Shown here: one piece after another, positions 9,360-19,716 of the stretch
Position numbering within the stretch: the stretch's first letter is position 1
How the letters are laid out: every line of letters begins with the position of its first letter
Assembly: GCA_002504905.1 (NCBI GenBank)
Contig: DATY01000029.1
Location: 78,306 to 142,305, forward strand
From: Euryarchaeota archaeon UBA605
Lineage (GTDB): Archaea; Thermoplasmatota; Poseidoniia; Poseidoniales; Thalassarchaeaceae
DNA length: 64,000 nucleotides
Direction: 5' to 3'
Program-made: the position numbers and the translations under genes
Notes under the pieces: model-generated
Databases searched by the model: none
What the model was told of the DNA's origin: nothing
The model's input: the letters and a program-made list of their open reading frames with translations, nothing else

Positions 9360-12300
9360 ATGTCAAATCAATTAAACAAAGTTACTATTTGTTTGGTAAT
9401 GACATCTCTATTAGTGCTAATGCCTCATTCAGGATTATTATCAAATTATGGAGACTATAGTGATGAAATTAAAGAAAAAAGAATTAACTCATCTTCTTCT
9501 GATTCTGATTCGTTATGGGTAGATGGTGGGCAACCTTGGCCCCAGCCAGGTAGAACTTCTGGTAGAGAATCCACTCCGCCCAATCATGGACCTGATGGAG
9601 GAGCAGGATTGGGTGCTCCAGATAATATTACAGAATTACAGTCGATAGTAGACCCTGTAATCAACTGGCAATATAGCAATTATATTTATTCTACAGATGC
9701 GTTTGCTACTCCAATTGCTGACCTATCTGAATCAATTGTATCCGACGAAGATTCTGATGAAAGATGTGGAGGAGACTCATTATTCACTGTAATCATACAA
9801 ACAGAAGATGTTGGAGGAAGCTTGCATAGTTTCCTTAGAATAATAGAAGGAGAAGATGCAGATCTTGCCTGGGAAGTTGACCTAGGAGAAACTGATGAAA
9901 TTAAGGCATCTCCAGTAGTTGTAGATTTAGACTATGATGGGAAGCAAGAAATTCTTGTTTCCTTTGATTTAAGTGGAACATTCTATGTCAAAGGTTATTC
10001 TCCTGAATTAGTTTGTTCAGTAACCGGTTGGTCACCAGGAGGTAGTCATGTCACTGAATTATTGTGGACATACTCAGATTCTACGTTAATGATTGGAAGT
10101 ACTGATGGCCCTTACGTCAGTAATGCGTATGGCGGACACAAGCCTACTGCCCAGCCTCTACTTGCAGATCTAGACTTGGATGGAACAGCGGAATTAGTAC
10201 TTTCATTAATTGAGAAAAATTCTGAAGAACCAGTAATCTTAGCATTAGATATCACCGGGACTTCTGCAACCTCCATATGGGAGAAAACATTGGATAAAGG
10301 AACACATCCATCAGATCCAACATTTGTACAAACTGATGAAAATACTGCTTTCGTGATTTTAACTTCTGTTCAGAGTTCTACAAGTGCAATGTGGCTGTGG
10401 AAACTTGATGCAGCGGATGGTGACTCAAATTGGGATGGGAAATCATTGGAAAATCTAAATAATTTTGATTCCAATGTACCTCACATTAGGCTTCCAGGAC
10501 CTGTGATTGCAAATTTAGATTCTGATGACGCTATGGAGATGGTGGTTACAATACCATCTGATTTTGACGGTAGTAGTGCAGCATATGGTGCTGAATATTA
10601 CGGTATTGAAATTAGCGATGGTACAAAAATTTGGGATTTTGAGGCCTCAAACGGTTATGCGGATTCTGCACCTATAGTTATTGATACTGATGAAGACGGA
10701 GATCATGACAGAGTTTGTTGGATTACTTGGACTACTAACAGTTGGAACACGAATAGAGATGGTTTCGCAGGATGTCATGATGACACTGACGGAACCAATC
10801 CTCAAGAAGCATGGAGTAAAGAAATTCTTGAACCACAAGGAGCGCCGAATGACGGAATTGCAGTTTCTTCACCTATTTGGATGAATATAGATGACTCTGA
10901 CGAACCAGAATTAATTGTGCCATATGGTAGAGAATTAAGGGCTTATGATGGAGAATTAGGAACTATGGCTGGAATAAACTCTTTCTGGAGTGAACCAATT
11001 GCAATTAACCATAGACTTTGGGCATCACCATCATTAGCAGATATTGATGGAGATGCAACTTTAGATTTAATTCTTGGAGATACCGTCATTTCAAATCAAG
11101 TAGCTGATATAAGGCCTCAATTGGATGGAAGAAGCATAGAGTTCAGCCCAGTTGCTCCAGACCCAGGAGAAATGGTAACTATCACAGTATCTTTTGAAAA
11201 TTCAGGTACCGCAGAAACTGATGAGGATTCAGATGTTATCTTATATGCTGATAATCAGATCATAGCTCAAGAAAGATTTGGGAATATGCAACCTGTTGAT
11301 CCAACAGGTTCAGGTTCTCTATCTACATTTACTGTAGAATGGTCAGGAAATCTAGGTGAACATGAATTCAAACTAGTTTTAGACCCTTACAGGAACATTA
11401 CACAATCTAGATACGATAATGATATTCATATTACGACATTGAGCATAGTTAATCCATATAATGCTAGTTTTGAGATCCCCACTGAACCAACCGTTGTCAC
11501 ACCCGGTGAAAACTCACTATTTACTCCAAATATTCGTTCTACAGGTAGGTTAGCAGGAATATGGAGCCTATCCGTAGACGACACAAATCTACCGGAAGGA
11601 TGGACGTGGAGCGATGAAACTACTGATGGCTTAGATTCAATTCAGATAGGAGTTGGGCAAATATGGAGTCCGAATCTGAGAATATTTGCACCGAGTGATG
11701 CATTAGGTTCTGACTCGGGTTACTTGACCCTAACATTAACTTTAGATGACGATAACAATGTTTCAATCTCTGCACTAGCAGCGGTGGAAGCAAATAGAAC
11801 TAGAGGTCTCTCAATTAGAGGGCCCGATGGGACTGCAAATACTCATGGATATGGTCTAACTGGAGAATACGCAGAGGCATGGATACTAATTCATAATTTA
11901 GGAAATGCATTGGAAAATCAAATTATTATGTCTTGGGATACAACTTCATGGGGTAATGATCTGAAATTATATGATTTAGAAGGAAATCAAATTCCTGCTC
12001 TAACTCTAGAACCAGATGAGATAATTTATGTCACTGCAAGACTGGATGTACCTAGTAATGCAAATTTGGGAGATTCAGTTAGTACACCTCTAGAAATGTG
12101 TGTTAGCGAGAATATATGTCAAACAATCGATATCTCATTCACCGCTACTGGCGTGACCACAGATGTACATCAGAGAACCGTTCCCGGCAGGACATTGTCA
12201 TGGGATATTTCAGCAGACATGCCTGTTGGGGAGAATCAACTTGAATGGTCTATGAATGATGCAGGATTAGTGATTCCAGGATGGTCTTGGAGTACGACCG

Positions 12301-15008
12301 GCGATTTAGAAATAGTTGATGAATTACTAATTCTTACTAGATCAGGGTCATCAAGAGTCTATGGAACAATAATATTGAATTTACCTAATGATGCTCCTCC
12401 ATCATACCATACATTCATTGAACAAAGTAGTCAATCAACAGATCATATCTTACAATTCTCACTCGAAGTATTACAAATTTATCGAGCTGATTTGACAATT
12501 ACTTCTCCAATAGAACAACCATATGAAGTTGAAGTTGAGGAAGATGTTCTAGTTATGATAAAGTTAGAGAATCCAGGAAATGGATTCGATACTTTCATAT
12601 TAAGTTCAGAACTAGTTACAAACCTCAATAATGAGGAAGAATTTGAAGTAACAGTTTCATTTACTAGCAGTACAGTGTCGTTGGGTCCTGGAAGTCTTCA
12701 AACAATCCCAGTAATAGTTAGCCTACCAGAGAATACTCCGGCAAATACAGAAATCGAAATTCTGATTATCATGACATCTCAGGGAAATCAAAGTGTAGAA
12801 GATTCGGAAATTATTTCACTCTCAGCGAAACAAGACCATAGGTGGGAGATAAATGGGGAGTACCTAGGGATTAATCTCAGAAATAGCACTATAATAACAT
12901 CTCCAGGAGAGTTAGGAGAAGTGATCTTGAATGCTAAGAATATTGGAAATCTAGAAGACGATATTTCTCTTGAAACATCAATCAATATCATATATTCAGG
13001 TTCTGATGATTCACGAGGATGGAATGCTTCTGGGACGGCAATTCAAGGTGTTGGAGTTAATGAAACTGGAAATCCTTCTGTATCTTGGTCGGTGCCTAAT
13101 GGTGCTTGGAATGGAACAATAATGCAAATTACGGTAAATGCTAACGCTAGAGGAGAGATTGTAGATACAATAATCTTCGATGTAGAAGTACCTCATATCA
13201 AGGAATGGAGGGCGATTTCAAGTCAAGTTGATTTAGAAATTGATCCAGGGGGTTCATCAATTGATATCGAGATAATGCAATTGGGCAATTCGCCATCAAA
13301 TGCATATTCAAATGTATATGTGAATGGTTCAAATGACTGGATAGTTGAGACACCAGAAGAATTGCCAGTTTTATCTCCGGGAGAAAGTGCATTCATGACA
13401 TTGAATATCACACCCCCAGAAAATGCCCAACATGGTAAAACTGTTGAGCTACATATCAGACTTAGAGAAGGCAACTCGTTATCTGAAACTATAGTTCCGT
13501 TAAGAGTTGCTGTAATTCACCAATTTGATTTATCAGGTCAAGGACCATGGGTTGTTTCAGAACATGGAGGTTTTCCTCATGCAACATTACTCAATGAAGG
13601 AAATGCTCCAACTACTATTACAATTAATGTTAGAAGTTTACCATCTGGATGGGAAGTAACAGGTGAAACAACTACTGTATTAGCAGTTGGAGAACTAAAA
13701 GGACTTCCTATTGAATTGATACCAGATTCAAATTGGGATGGAAGTACGTACACAATAAAAATAGAAGCTATTGATGATTTAGGCAATGTTGATGAAATAT
13801 TACTAGATACTGTAAAACAAAATTATTCTTGGGCAATGTCCCCCATTATTACAATGATTAGTGGCGATAATACTCTGTTAAAGATTCATGGAACAGATTC
13901 TGAATCTTCTGTTATTGATGGAAGTCAAGGATTACTGAACTGGGAGGGCAGTGGTGGTTGGTTATGGTTAGCCTCTCAGTCTGTCCAAGATGGAGAAATA
14001 ACCATTGATTCAAATGAAGGATTAGTTTATTCTTCTTACATTTCTGAGGAGGTTAGCAGAGAAGGTAATTGTTTCTTATTAGGACAACAGGGCGACATTA
14101 CTGCATATTGTAGTATTTTCAATGGAACTGGAAATTTTGACTACACCTTGATGTTAATTGATGATAATGGAAAACTTCTAGACTCTTACTCAAATACATT
14201 GGAGCATAACGCTTCTCTAGAAAGATTGAATCTAACTGCTACTAATTGGAATCCAGAACCAGGAAAAAGAAGTCTGATTTTGAGGGCTCTGGACTCCAGA
14301 GGCATAGAGTTCATTAGTACAGAAAAAGAATTTGAAATCCGGAGAAGTGATTGGAATATAGGCCTAACAGGAATTGAACTGGTAGGGACTGGAAGTAATC
14401 AGCAAGTTCAAATCACAACTATTAGAGAAAATCAAAATCTTCTTACTAACGCAGATTGCTTACTTGAAGTAAGAATACCCTCACAAGGATATAATGAAAA
14501 ACATATTATGGACCCCTCGGCTGTCTATTTCTTACCTAAAATAGATCGTCCGAATAATATTCCTGATGGAGATGAATTGATAGTACAATTTAGTTGTGCA
14601 TTCCCATGGGATATTGAATCAGACTCAACAGATAATGAACAGAGAATAATTTTGACAGAAGGATCGGATGAAAATGATGGAATCGAAGATTTAGAGACAG
14701 GGATAGCAGCAGCAGCTTTGGTAATCGGAGTTTCTATAGCATTAGCTTGGTTAGTGAAAAATCATAGGGAAAGAAAAGAAATGATGGAAATGACTGAGAA
14801 AGCAATAAAACAGCATTTATCAAATAAGAAGAATACAATAAGTAACGTAGCAGAGCAGAAAGAGAAAACGGATCAAGAGGCTGTCGATATTATTGAGAAT
14901 GTGACTGAAGAAATAATGGAAACAGTCGAAAATAAAGAAGAAAAAATAGAAGATGAAGAAGAATTAGATGAATTCGAACTCAGACTGAGAAGACTGGGTA
15001 AGTTGTAA
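9360..15008 (+). CDS. giant cell-surface protein (FG-GAP beta-propeller-like repeats + CARDB/Ig-like repeats + C-terminal TM anchor)
   Basis: Signal peptide MSNQLNKVTICLVMTSLLVLMPHSG. DxDxDG motifs (ADLDLDGTAELV, ANLDSDDAMEMVV, ADIDGDATLDLILGD). CARDB-like PDPGEMVTITVSFENSGTAETD. C-terminal hydrophobic IAAAALVIGVSIALAWLV then a basic/acidic tail. Alternative start at 9345 (MRGFTM...). Confidence 0.75.
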   Translation: MSNQLNKVTICLVMTSLLVLMPHSGLLSNYGDYSDEIKEKRINSSSSDSDSLWVDGGQPWPQPGRTSGRESTPPNHGPDGGAGLGAPDNITELQSIVDPVINWQYSNYIYSTDAFATPIADLSESIVSDEDSDERCGGDSLFTVIIQTEDVGGSLHSFLRIIEGEDADLAWEVDLGETDEIKASPVVVDLDYDGKQEILVSFDLSGTFYVKGYSPELVCSVTGWSPGGSHVTELLWTYSDSTLMIGSTDGPYVSNAYGGHKPTAQPLLADLDLDGTAELVLSLIEKNSEEPVILALDITGTSATSIWEKTLDKGTHPSDPTFVQTDENTAFVILTSVQSSTSAMWLWKLDAADGDSNWDGKSLENLNNFDSNVPHIRLPGPVIANLDSDDAMEMVVTIPSDFDGSSAAYGAEYYGIEISDGTKIWDFEASNGYADSAPIVIDTDEDGDHDRVCWITWTTNSWNTNRDGFAGCHDDTDGTNPQEAWSKEILEPQGAPNDGIAVSSPIWMNIDDSDEPELIVPYGRELRAYDGELGTMAGINSFWSEPIAINHRLWASPSLADIDGDATLDLILGDTVISNQVADIRPQLDGRSIEFSPVAPDPGEMVTITVSFENSGTAETDEDSDVILYADNQIIAQERFGNMQPVDPTGSGSLSTFTVEWSGNLGEHEFKLVLDPYRNITQSRYDNDIHITTLSIVNPYNASFEIPTEPTVVTPGENSLFTPNIRSTGRLAGIWSLSVDDTNLPEGWTWSDETTDGLDSIQIGVGQIWSPNLRIFAPSDALGSDSGYLTLTLTLDDDNNVSISALAAVEANRTRGLSIRGPDGTANTHGYGLTGEYAEAWILIHNLGNALENQIIMSWDTTSWGNDLKLYDLEGNQIPALTLEPDEIIYVTARLDVPSNANLGDSVSTPLEMCVSENICQTIDISFTATGVTTDVHQRTVPGRTLSWDISADMPVGENQLEWSMNDAGLVIPGWSWSTTGDLEIVDELLILTRSGSSRVYGTIILNLPNDAPPSYHTFIEQSSQSTDHILQFSLEVLQIYRADLTITSPIEQPYEVEVEEDVLVMIKLENPGNGFDTFILSSELVTNLNNEEEFEVTVSFTSSTVSLGPGSLQTIPVIVSLPENTPANTEIEILIIMTSQGNQSVEDSEIISLSAKQDHRWEINGEYLGINLRNSTIITSPGELGEVILNAKNIGNLEDDISLETSINIIYSGSDDSRGWNASGTAIQGVGVNETGNPSVSWSVPNGAWNGTIMQITVNANARGEIVDTIIFDVEVPHIKEWRAISSQVDLEIDPGGSSIDIEIMQLGNSPSNAYSNVYVNGSNDWIVETPEELPVLSPGESAFMTLNITPPENAQHGKTVELHIRLREGNSLSETIVPLRVAVIHQFDLSGQGPWVVSEHGGFPHATLLNEGNAPTTITINVRSLPSGWEVTGETTTVLAVGELKGLPIELIPDSNWDGSTYTIKIEAIDDLGNVDEILLDTVKQNYSWAMSPIITMISGDNTLLKIHGTDSESSVIDGSQGLLNWEGSGGWLWLASQSVQDGEITIDSNEGLVYSSYISEEVSREGNCFLLGQQGDITAYCSIFNGTGNFDYTLMLIDDNGKLLDSYSNTLEHNASLERLNLTATNWNPEPGKRSLILRALDSRGIEFISTEKEFEIRRSDWNIGLTGIELVGTGSNQQVQITTIRENQNLLTNADCLLEVRIPSQGYNEKHIMDPSAVYFLPKIDRPNNIPDGDELIVQFSCAFPWDIESDSTDNEQRIILTEGSDENDGIEDLETGIAAAALVIGVSIALAWLVKNHRERKEMMEMTEKAIKQHLSNKKNTISNVAEQKEKTDQEAVDIIENVTEEIMETVENKEEKIEDEEELDEFELRLRRLGKL

Positions 15009-15026
15009 AAAATTGGGGTTTTAAAA

Positions 15027-15653
15027 ATGGGCGAATATATACCACCATCGGCTTTTTATACATTTGATCCGATTAGATATGATCCAATTTTGTTAATAGA
15101 ACCAATCCTATCATCTATAGGTGGAGATCATAAAGAAATTAAGAAAATAGTTCAATATTCTAATGAAATAAAAAATCTGATTGAGGGGAAAGAATCACCA
15201 TATGATCATTCTACAATGTTATTCCTAACTGCAATAGATTGGAAGGAGGGAGGAGGAACTCCGGAGCCCCTAGATAACGGAATTGCAAGAGATAGAATTG
15301 GTAGATTCCCCAGCGATACCGGAAATGCGATAGAATACATTCTTGAATTTACTAAAGAGAAAGAAGGAGAATTCTTTTTTCATGAATTACTGATAAAATT
15401 GACTAATGGATTATCTCCTGAAAATCTCGGAGAAGAAGGATTTGATAGAGGATTTGCCGGCATGGAACTTCTAGGATGGATAAATCATGAAGAAGTGGGA
15501 CTACTATTACGTTCAATGCAAAGTGGTAAATGGATTATTAAATCTAAGGAAACAATTGACGGAGGTGTTAGAGACTCACTGCGTCACTTACAGACATTAC
15601 TAAAGGCTGCAAATAGAAGGAAGTGCGGTATTTTAATGCGTAGACATCATTAA
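15027..15653 (+). CDS. hypothetical protein
   Basis: 208-aa ORF, no motif recognised. Confidence 0.4.
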   Translation: MGEYIPPSAFYTFDPIRYDPILLIEPILSSIGGDHKEIKKIVQYSNEIKNLIEGKESPYDHSTMLFLTAIDWKEGGGTPEPLDNGIARDRIGRFPSDTGNAIEYILEFTKEKEGEFFFHELLIKLTNGLSPENLGEEGFDRGFAGMELLGWINHEEVGLLLRSMQSGKWIIKSKETIDGGVRDSLRHLQTLLKAANRRKCGILMRRHH

Positions 15654-16583
15654 TCAGAATTGATTTCCAGTTAATCTCGTATACATATCTGAATACAAAT
15701 CTGCTGTCTTGTCAATTATCTCTTGAGGTAAAGCAGGTATTGGTGGTTCTTCCGTACCTTCTTCTCTAGCTTTATACAATTCATTATGATGCCCTGTAGA
15801 AAGATAATGTCCTCGTACAAACTCTTTCGAAAGTTGAACTATTTCTCCTTCCTTATATTTCTCAGCGTCCCACCATCGATCTTCATCTAAAGTTCCGAAG
15901 GAGTCTACCAGTACAGGGACACGATTGACCCCTAATGCAAATTCTTTTTTGCCATCAACATGAATCAATCCTCTTTTACCAGCTTCTGTTTCAATAATTT
16001 TATCGACTTGAACCACAATTGAAAGTATCGAATCGAACTCCTCATCTGTCAAATTAGAAATTTCTAAGGCTTCTTTCCTATCTAACAGTCTATCAAACTT
16101 CTCAAACTTGGTTGAAACCTCCAGATAAGGTTCGGGCAATTTGATTCCTTCATACAGAGCTGTACCTGGCTCAAAACCAAACTCTTCAGCAGAAGCATCT
16201 CCTCTTTCATATCTTCTCCAACCAGAGCCGGCAAGATAATGTCTGCAAATTACTTCAAGAGGGACGAATACATTTTCTTGATTTTTTGAGATTGCCCCAG
16301 GCTCTCTAATCACGTCAAAACGACGAGCTCTAACACGATCAGGAGCATTCATTTCAATTACATGTGTATCGCATATACCCGCCTTCTCAACTAATTCGAA
16401 CCAGTAACAAGAAGTTCTATTCAATGATTCACCTTTCCTAGGAATTAAACTTGGTATTATTTGATCGAAAACACTAATTTGATCAGTGTATCGAAATTCA
16501 ATGATATCCGGATCCTCAGTACTCCATACTTGCTTTACTTTGCCATGATACAACATCTCTACCATGCCTCTGTTCGGTAGCAT
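15654..16583 (-). CDS. purC: phosphoribosylaminoimidazole-succinocarboxamide synthase (SAICAR synthetase), long form
   Basis: LYHGKVKQVWSTEDPD...FDQIIPSLIPRKGESLNRTSCYWFELVEKAGICDTHV matches the PurC N-terminus. Confidence 0.75.
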   Translation of the reverse strand: MLPNRGMVEMLYHGKVKQVWSTEDPDIIEFRYTDQISVFDQIIPSLIPRKGESLNRTSCYWFELVEKAGICDTHVIEMNAPDRVRARRFDVIREPGAISKNQENVFVPLEVICRHYLAGSGWRRYERGDASAEEFGFEPGTALYEGIKLPEPYLEVSTKFEKFDRLLDRKEALEISNLTDEEFDSILSIVVQVDKIIETEAGKRGLIHVDGKKEFALGVNRVPVLVDSFGTLDEDRWWDAEKYKEGEIVQLSKEFVRGHYLSTGHHNELYKAREEGTEEPPIPALPQEIIDKTADLYSDMYTRLTGNQF

Positions 16584-16625
16584 TAACCCAATGAATATTA
16601 CTAATGAATAATCAGAAAAAAAAAA

Positions 16626-17501
16626 CTATCTAAACATAGATTCAGTAGCCTTAATTGTATTTGTCATAAGCATTGCAATGGTCATTGGACCTACTCCTCC
16701 AGGCACTGGAGTAATGTGACCTGCAACATTAAAAGCGCCTGAATCTACATCACCAGCTAATCTATATCCACTTTTCCTAGAAGAATCTTGTATACGATTA
16801 ATTCCTACATCTATTACAGTAGCACCTGGCTTTATCCAATCAGACTTTACAAACTCAGGCCTACCTATTGCAGCAACTACCAAATCTGCCTCTCTACAGA
16901 TATCAGGAAGATTTTTTGTTCTTGAATGAGCGATTGTTACTGTTGCATCGATTCCTCTTTGGGCGAGAAGAATTGACATTGGCATACCTACGATTCTGGA
17001 TCGACCAATGACCAGAGCATTTTTTCCAGATAAATCAATATTTGAAAGTTCCAAAATCTTCATTATTCCAGCAGGAGTACATGGTAAAAGACCCGAAGAG
17101 TCACCTTGAACTAATCTACCTAGATTCATCTTATGAAATCCATCTACATCTTTTTCAGGTAAAATTGCATCTGTAATCATTGATTCATTAATTCCTTCCG
17201 GAAGAGGACTTTGAACCAAGATTCCATGCACTGAATTATCAGAATTGAGCTTATGAATTATAGCTAAAATTTCTTCCTCTGATATTTCACCATCTAAGTC
17301 AATTCTAGTACTTTTGATACCACATCTTTCACAAGCCATCTCTTTGTTCCTAACATAAACATGGCTGGCTGGATCATCCCCAACAATAACTACTGCTAAA
17401 TGAGGAAATATATCCCTACTTTGAAGATTAATTATTTGATTATGGAGTTGTTCTTCTATCATACGGCCTATTTTTTTTCCGTCTAAAACCGTCGCGGACA
17501 T
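16626..17501 (-). CDS. folD: bifunctional methylenetetrahydrofolate dehydrogenase/cyclohydrolase
   Basis: MSATVLDGKKIG...; the ORF-track N-terminal extension (to 17630) overlaps tRNA-Thr and is spurious, so the start was trimmed to the ATG at 17499-17501. Confidence 0.85.
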   Translation of the reverse strand: MSATVLDGKKIGRMIEEQLHNQIINLQSRDIFPHLAVVIVGDDPASHVYVRNKEMACERCGIKSTRIDLDGEISEEEILAIIHKLNSDNSVHGILVQSPLPEGINESMITDAILPEKDVDGFHKMNLGRLVQGDSSGLLPCTPAGIMKILELSNIDLSGKNALVIGRSRIVGMPMSILLAQRGIDATVTIAHSRTKNLPDICREADLVVAAIGRPEFVKSDWIKPGATVIDVGINRIQDSSRKSGYRLAGDVDSGAFNVAGHITPVPGGVGPMTIAMLMTNTIKATESMFR

Positions 17502-17569
17502 AATCGATTCGGAAGGCTCTATACTCTTCACGTTGACGGAAGAGAATCTTGCAGATGATGGATTGTTAT

Positions 17570-17646
<77 letters not shown>

Positions 17647-17740
17647 TTGAATCGCCGAGGACGTTTAACATTTGAACCCTACACCTTGTAATCATGAAAT
17701 TATCCGGTGAATTGATGGGTAAAACCATCTACGCCAATAC

Positions 17741-18163
17741 ATGGAAAGAGAAGGGGGTGATTATCCTCAACGGAGCTACATGAAATTAAATATCGTAATT
17801 TCTGGATGGTTGTGCATTTTACTTGGAAGTTTACTATTATTTTCCTCAGGAGAATCCTCACTCATTCTATCTATTGCAGCACCAATTTCTGTATTGGGAC
17901 TAGTTCTACTAATTCTTGGTTTAATGTACAAGGATGAAAATAGTGTTAATAGTGAAGAAATTTTATCATGGGAACCTGATAAAACTCAAATGCCTGAATC
18001 TGGGAGAGTGATGTACAGAATAGATACTACGCTAATTGAACCTATTAGAACTTCAATATTATGTGGGAAATGTGGTAACATCTATTGGGAAGAGGGGGTT
18101 AAACCGAAGAGTTTTGATTGCCCAGATTGTCTAATCACACTTTGGTATGAAGAAGAAGAATGA
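17741..18163 (+). CDS. small membrane protein with C-terminal zinc ribbon
   Basis: Two TM segments then CGKCGN...CPDC. Confidence 0.4.
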   Translation: MEREGGDYPQRSYMKLNIVISGWLCILLGSLLLFSSGESSLILSIAAPISVLGLVLLILGLMYKDENSVNSEEILSWEPDKTQMPESGRVMYRIDTTLIEPIRTSILCGKCGNIYWEEGVKPKSFDCPDCLITLWYEEEE

Positions 18164-18222
18164 TTACTACTTTAAGCAACCATCAAGAGTAATCACTCTT
18201 TCGATGTTTAAGGAGGGGACCT

Positions 18223-19716
18223 ATGACACTAGGAAATAATGAGAAAAAAATGCTACGTTGTATGCGTTCTAAAGAAAATCATATTTGGACTCTTGAAGAG
18301 ATATTAGAAATCACAAAATGGAAAGATCAAGTTCACGTTGCTGGTGCTGGAAAATCACTAGATGAACACGAATTTGTAGAAACTACTGAGAGACATTTGA
18401 AATTTATTACTCTGGGTTCAGAAGGACTTAATGCCTTGGAAAATGAGTTACTTGAGAAAAGAATTTGGGAGTGGATACTTTCACAAAAAGAAAAAAATAG
18501 GACAATGAATGAATTATTCAAAGCAGGTTTTGAGAGACATGAAGCTGGGCCCGGGATAGGACTGTTGAAATCAATAGGGGTATCTATTGAAAAAGGAATT
18601 TTTACTTTTGTTAACGAAGAAGAAATTACAATAAAAATTTCTGAACGGGTTGATTTTATTAAAAAAATATCTATGGGAAAATTAGATTACAATGATTTAG
18701 ATAAAGGATTAATTGAACATTTTTCTGGCAGAAAGAATTTGATTAATATCGAAGAAAATATTTTAAGAGAATGGAAACTTACCGAAAAAGGGATTAATAT
18801 TTCTGAAAATGAGTTAGAAGAAGTTCAACTAATTGGAGAGATTACCCCAGAATTTTTACAAAATGAAGGTTGGAAAAACGCATCATACAAAGAATTTGAT
18901 ATCAATGCAGAAACTCCCATTCCTGTCGGAGGAAGACCACATCCAATGCAATCTCTAATTGAAAGGATAAGGTCGGTTTTCTTAGAGATGGGTTTCTCAG
19001 AAATAGAAGGAAATTATGTTCAATCAGCAGGTTGGAATATGGATGCTCTTTTTATTCCTCAATCACATCCAGCAAGAACTATGCAAGATACTTTCTATCT
19101 TGATGAGCCAGAAAAAATAGATATTCCTGAGGAAATGTTAGAATTATGGGCATCAGTTCATGAAAATGGGCACGATACTGGAAGTTTAGGTTGGGGTTCA
19201 AAATTTGATAAAGAAGAGGCGAAAAAAGGACTATTAAGAACTCATACAACTGTTAATACTGTGAAATATATCGCGGAAAATCCAGTGAGCCCCTCACGTG
19301 TATTTGGAATTGGAAGAGTATTCAGGCAAGAAACAATCGACAGAACGCATTTACCCGAATTTCATCAAATCGAAGGAATAATTCATGAGCCGAATGCGAG
19401 TCTACCAATGTTAATCTCAACTTTGAAAACATTCTATTCAAAAATGGGCTATCCTAATGTAAGAGTTAGGCCAGCATATTTCCCATACACTGAACCAAGT
19501 GTGGAAGTAGAGGTATATTGGAGAGGTAAATGGTTAGAATTGGGTGGTGCTGGAATTTTTAGACCAGAAGTAACAGAACCTCTTGGTAGCGAATGGCCTG
19601 TTTGCGCCTGGGGAATGGGCCTGGAAAGGTTAGCTATGCTAGTTCTGGAGTTAGACGATATTCGTGAACTTTACCAACCCGACTTAGAGCGATTAAGTCG
19701 AATGCCAATTCTTTGA
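18223..19716 (+). CDS. pheS: phenylalanine--tRNA ligase alpha subunit (archaeal type)
   Basis: Class II aaRS motifs FLEMGFSEIEG, HPARTMQDTFYL, GRVFRQE..DRTHLPEFHQIEG; SD GGAGGGG upstream. Confidence 0.85.
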   Translation: MTLGNNEKKMLRCMRSKENHIWTLEEILEITKWKDQVHVAGAGKSLDEHEFVETTERHLKFITLGSEGLNALENELLEKRIWEWILSQKEKNRTMNELFKAGFERHEAGPGIGLLKSIGVSIEKGIFTFVNEEEITIKISERVDFIKKISMGKLDYNDLDKGLIEHFSGRKNLINIEENILREWKLTEKGINISENELEEVQLIGEITPEFLQNEGWKNASYKEFDINAETPIPVGGRPHPMQSLIERIRSVFLEMGFSEIEGNYVQSAGWNMDALFIPQSHPARTMQDTFYLDEPEKIDIPEEMLELWASVHENGHDTGSLGWGSKFDKEEAKKGLLRTHTTVNTVKYIAENPVSPSRVFGIGRVFRQETIDRTHLPEFHQIEGIIHEPNASLPMLISTLKTFYSKMGYPNVRVRPAYFPYTEPSVEVEVYWRGKWLELGGAGIFRPEVTEPLGSEWPVCAWGMGLERLAMLVLELDDIRELYQPDLERLSRMPIL

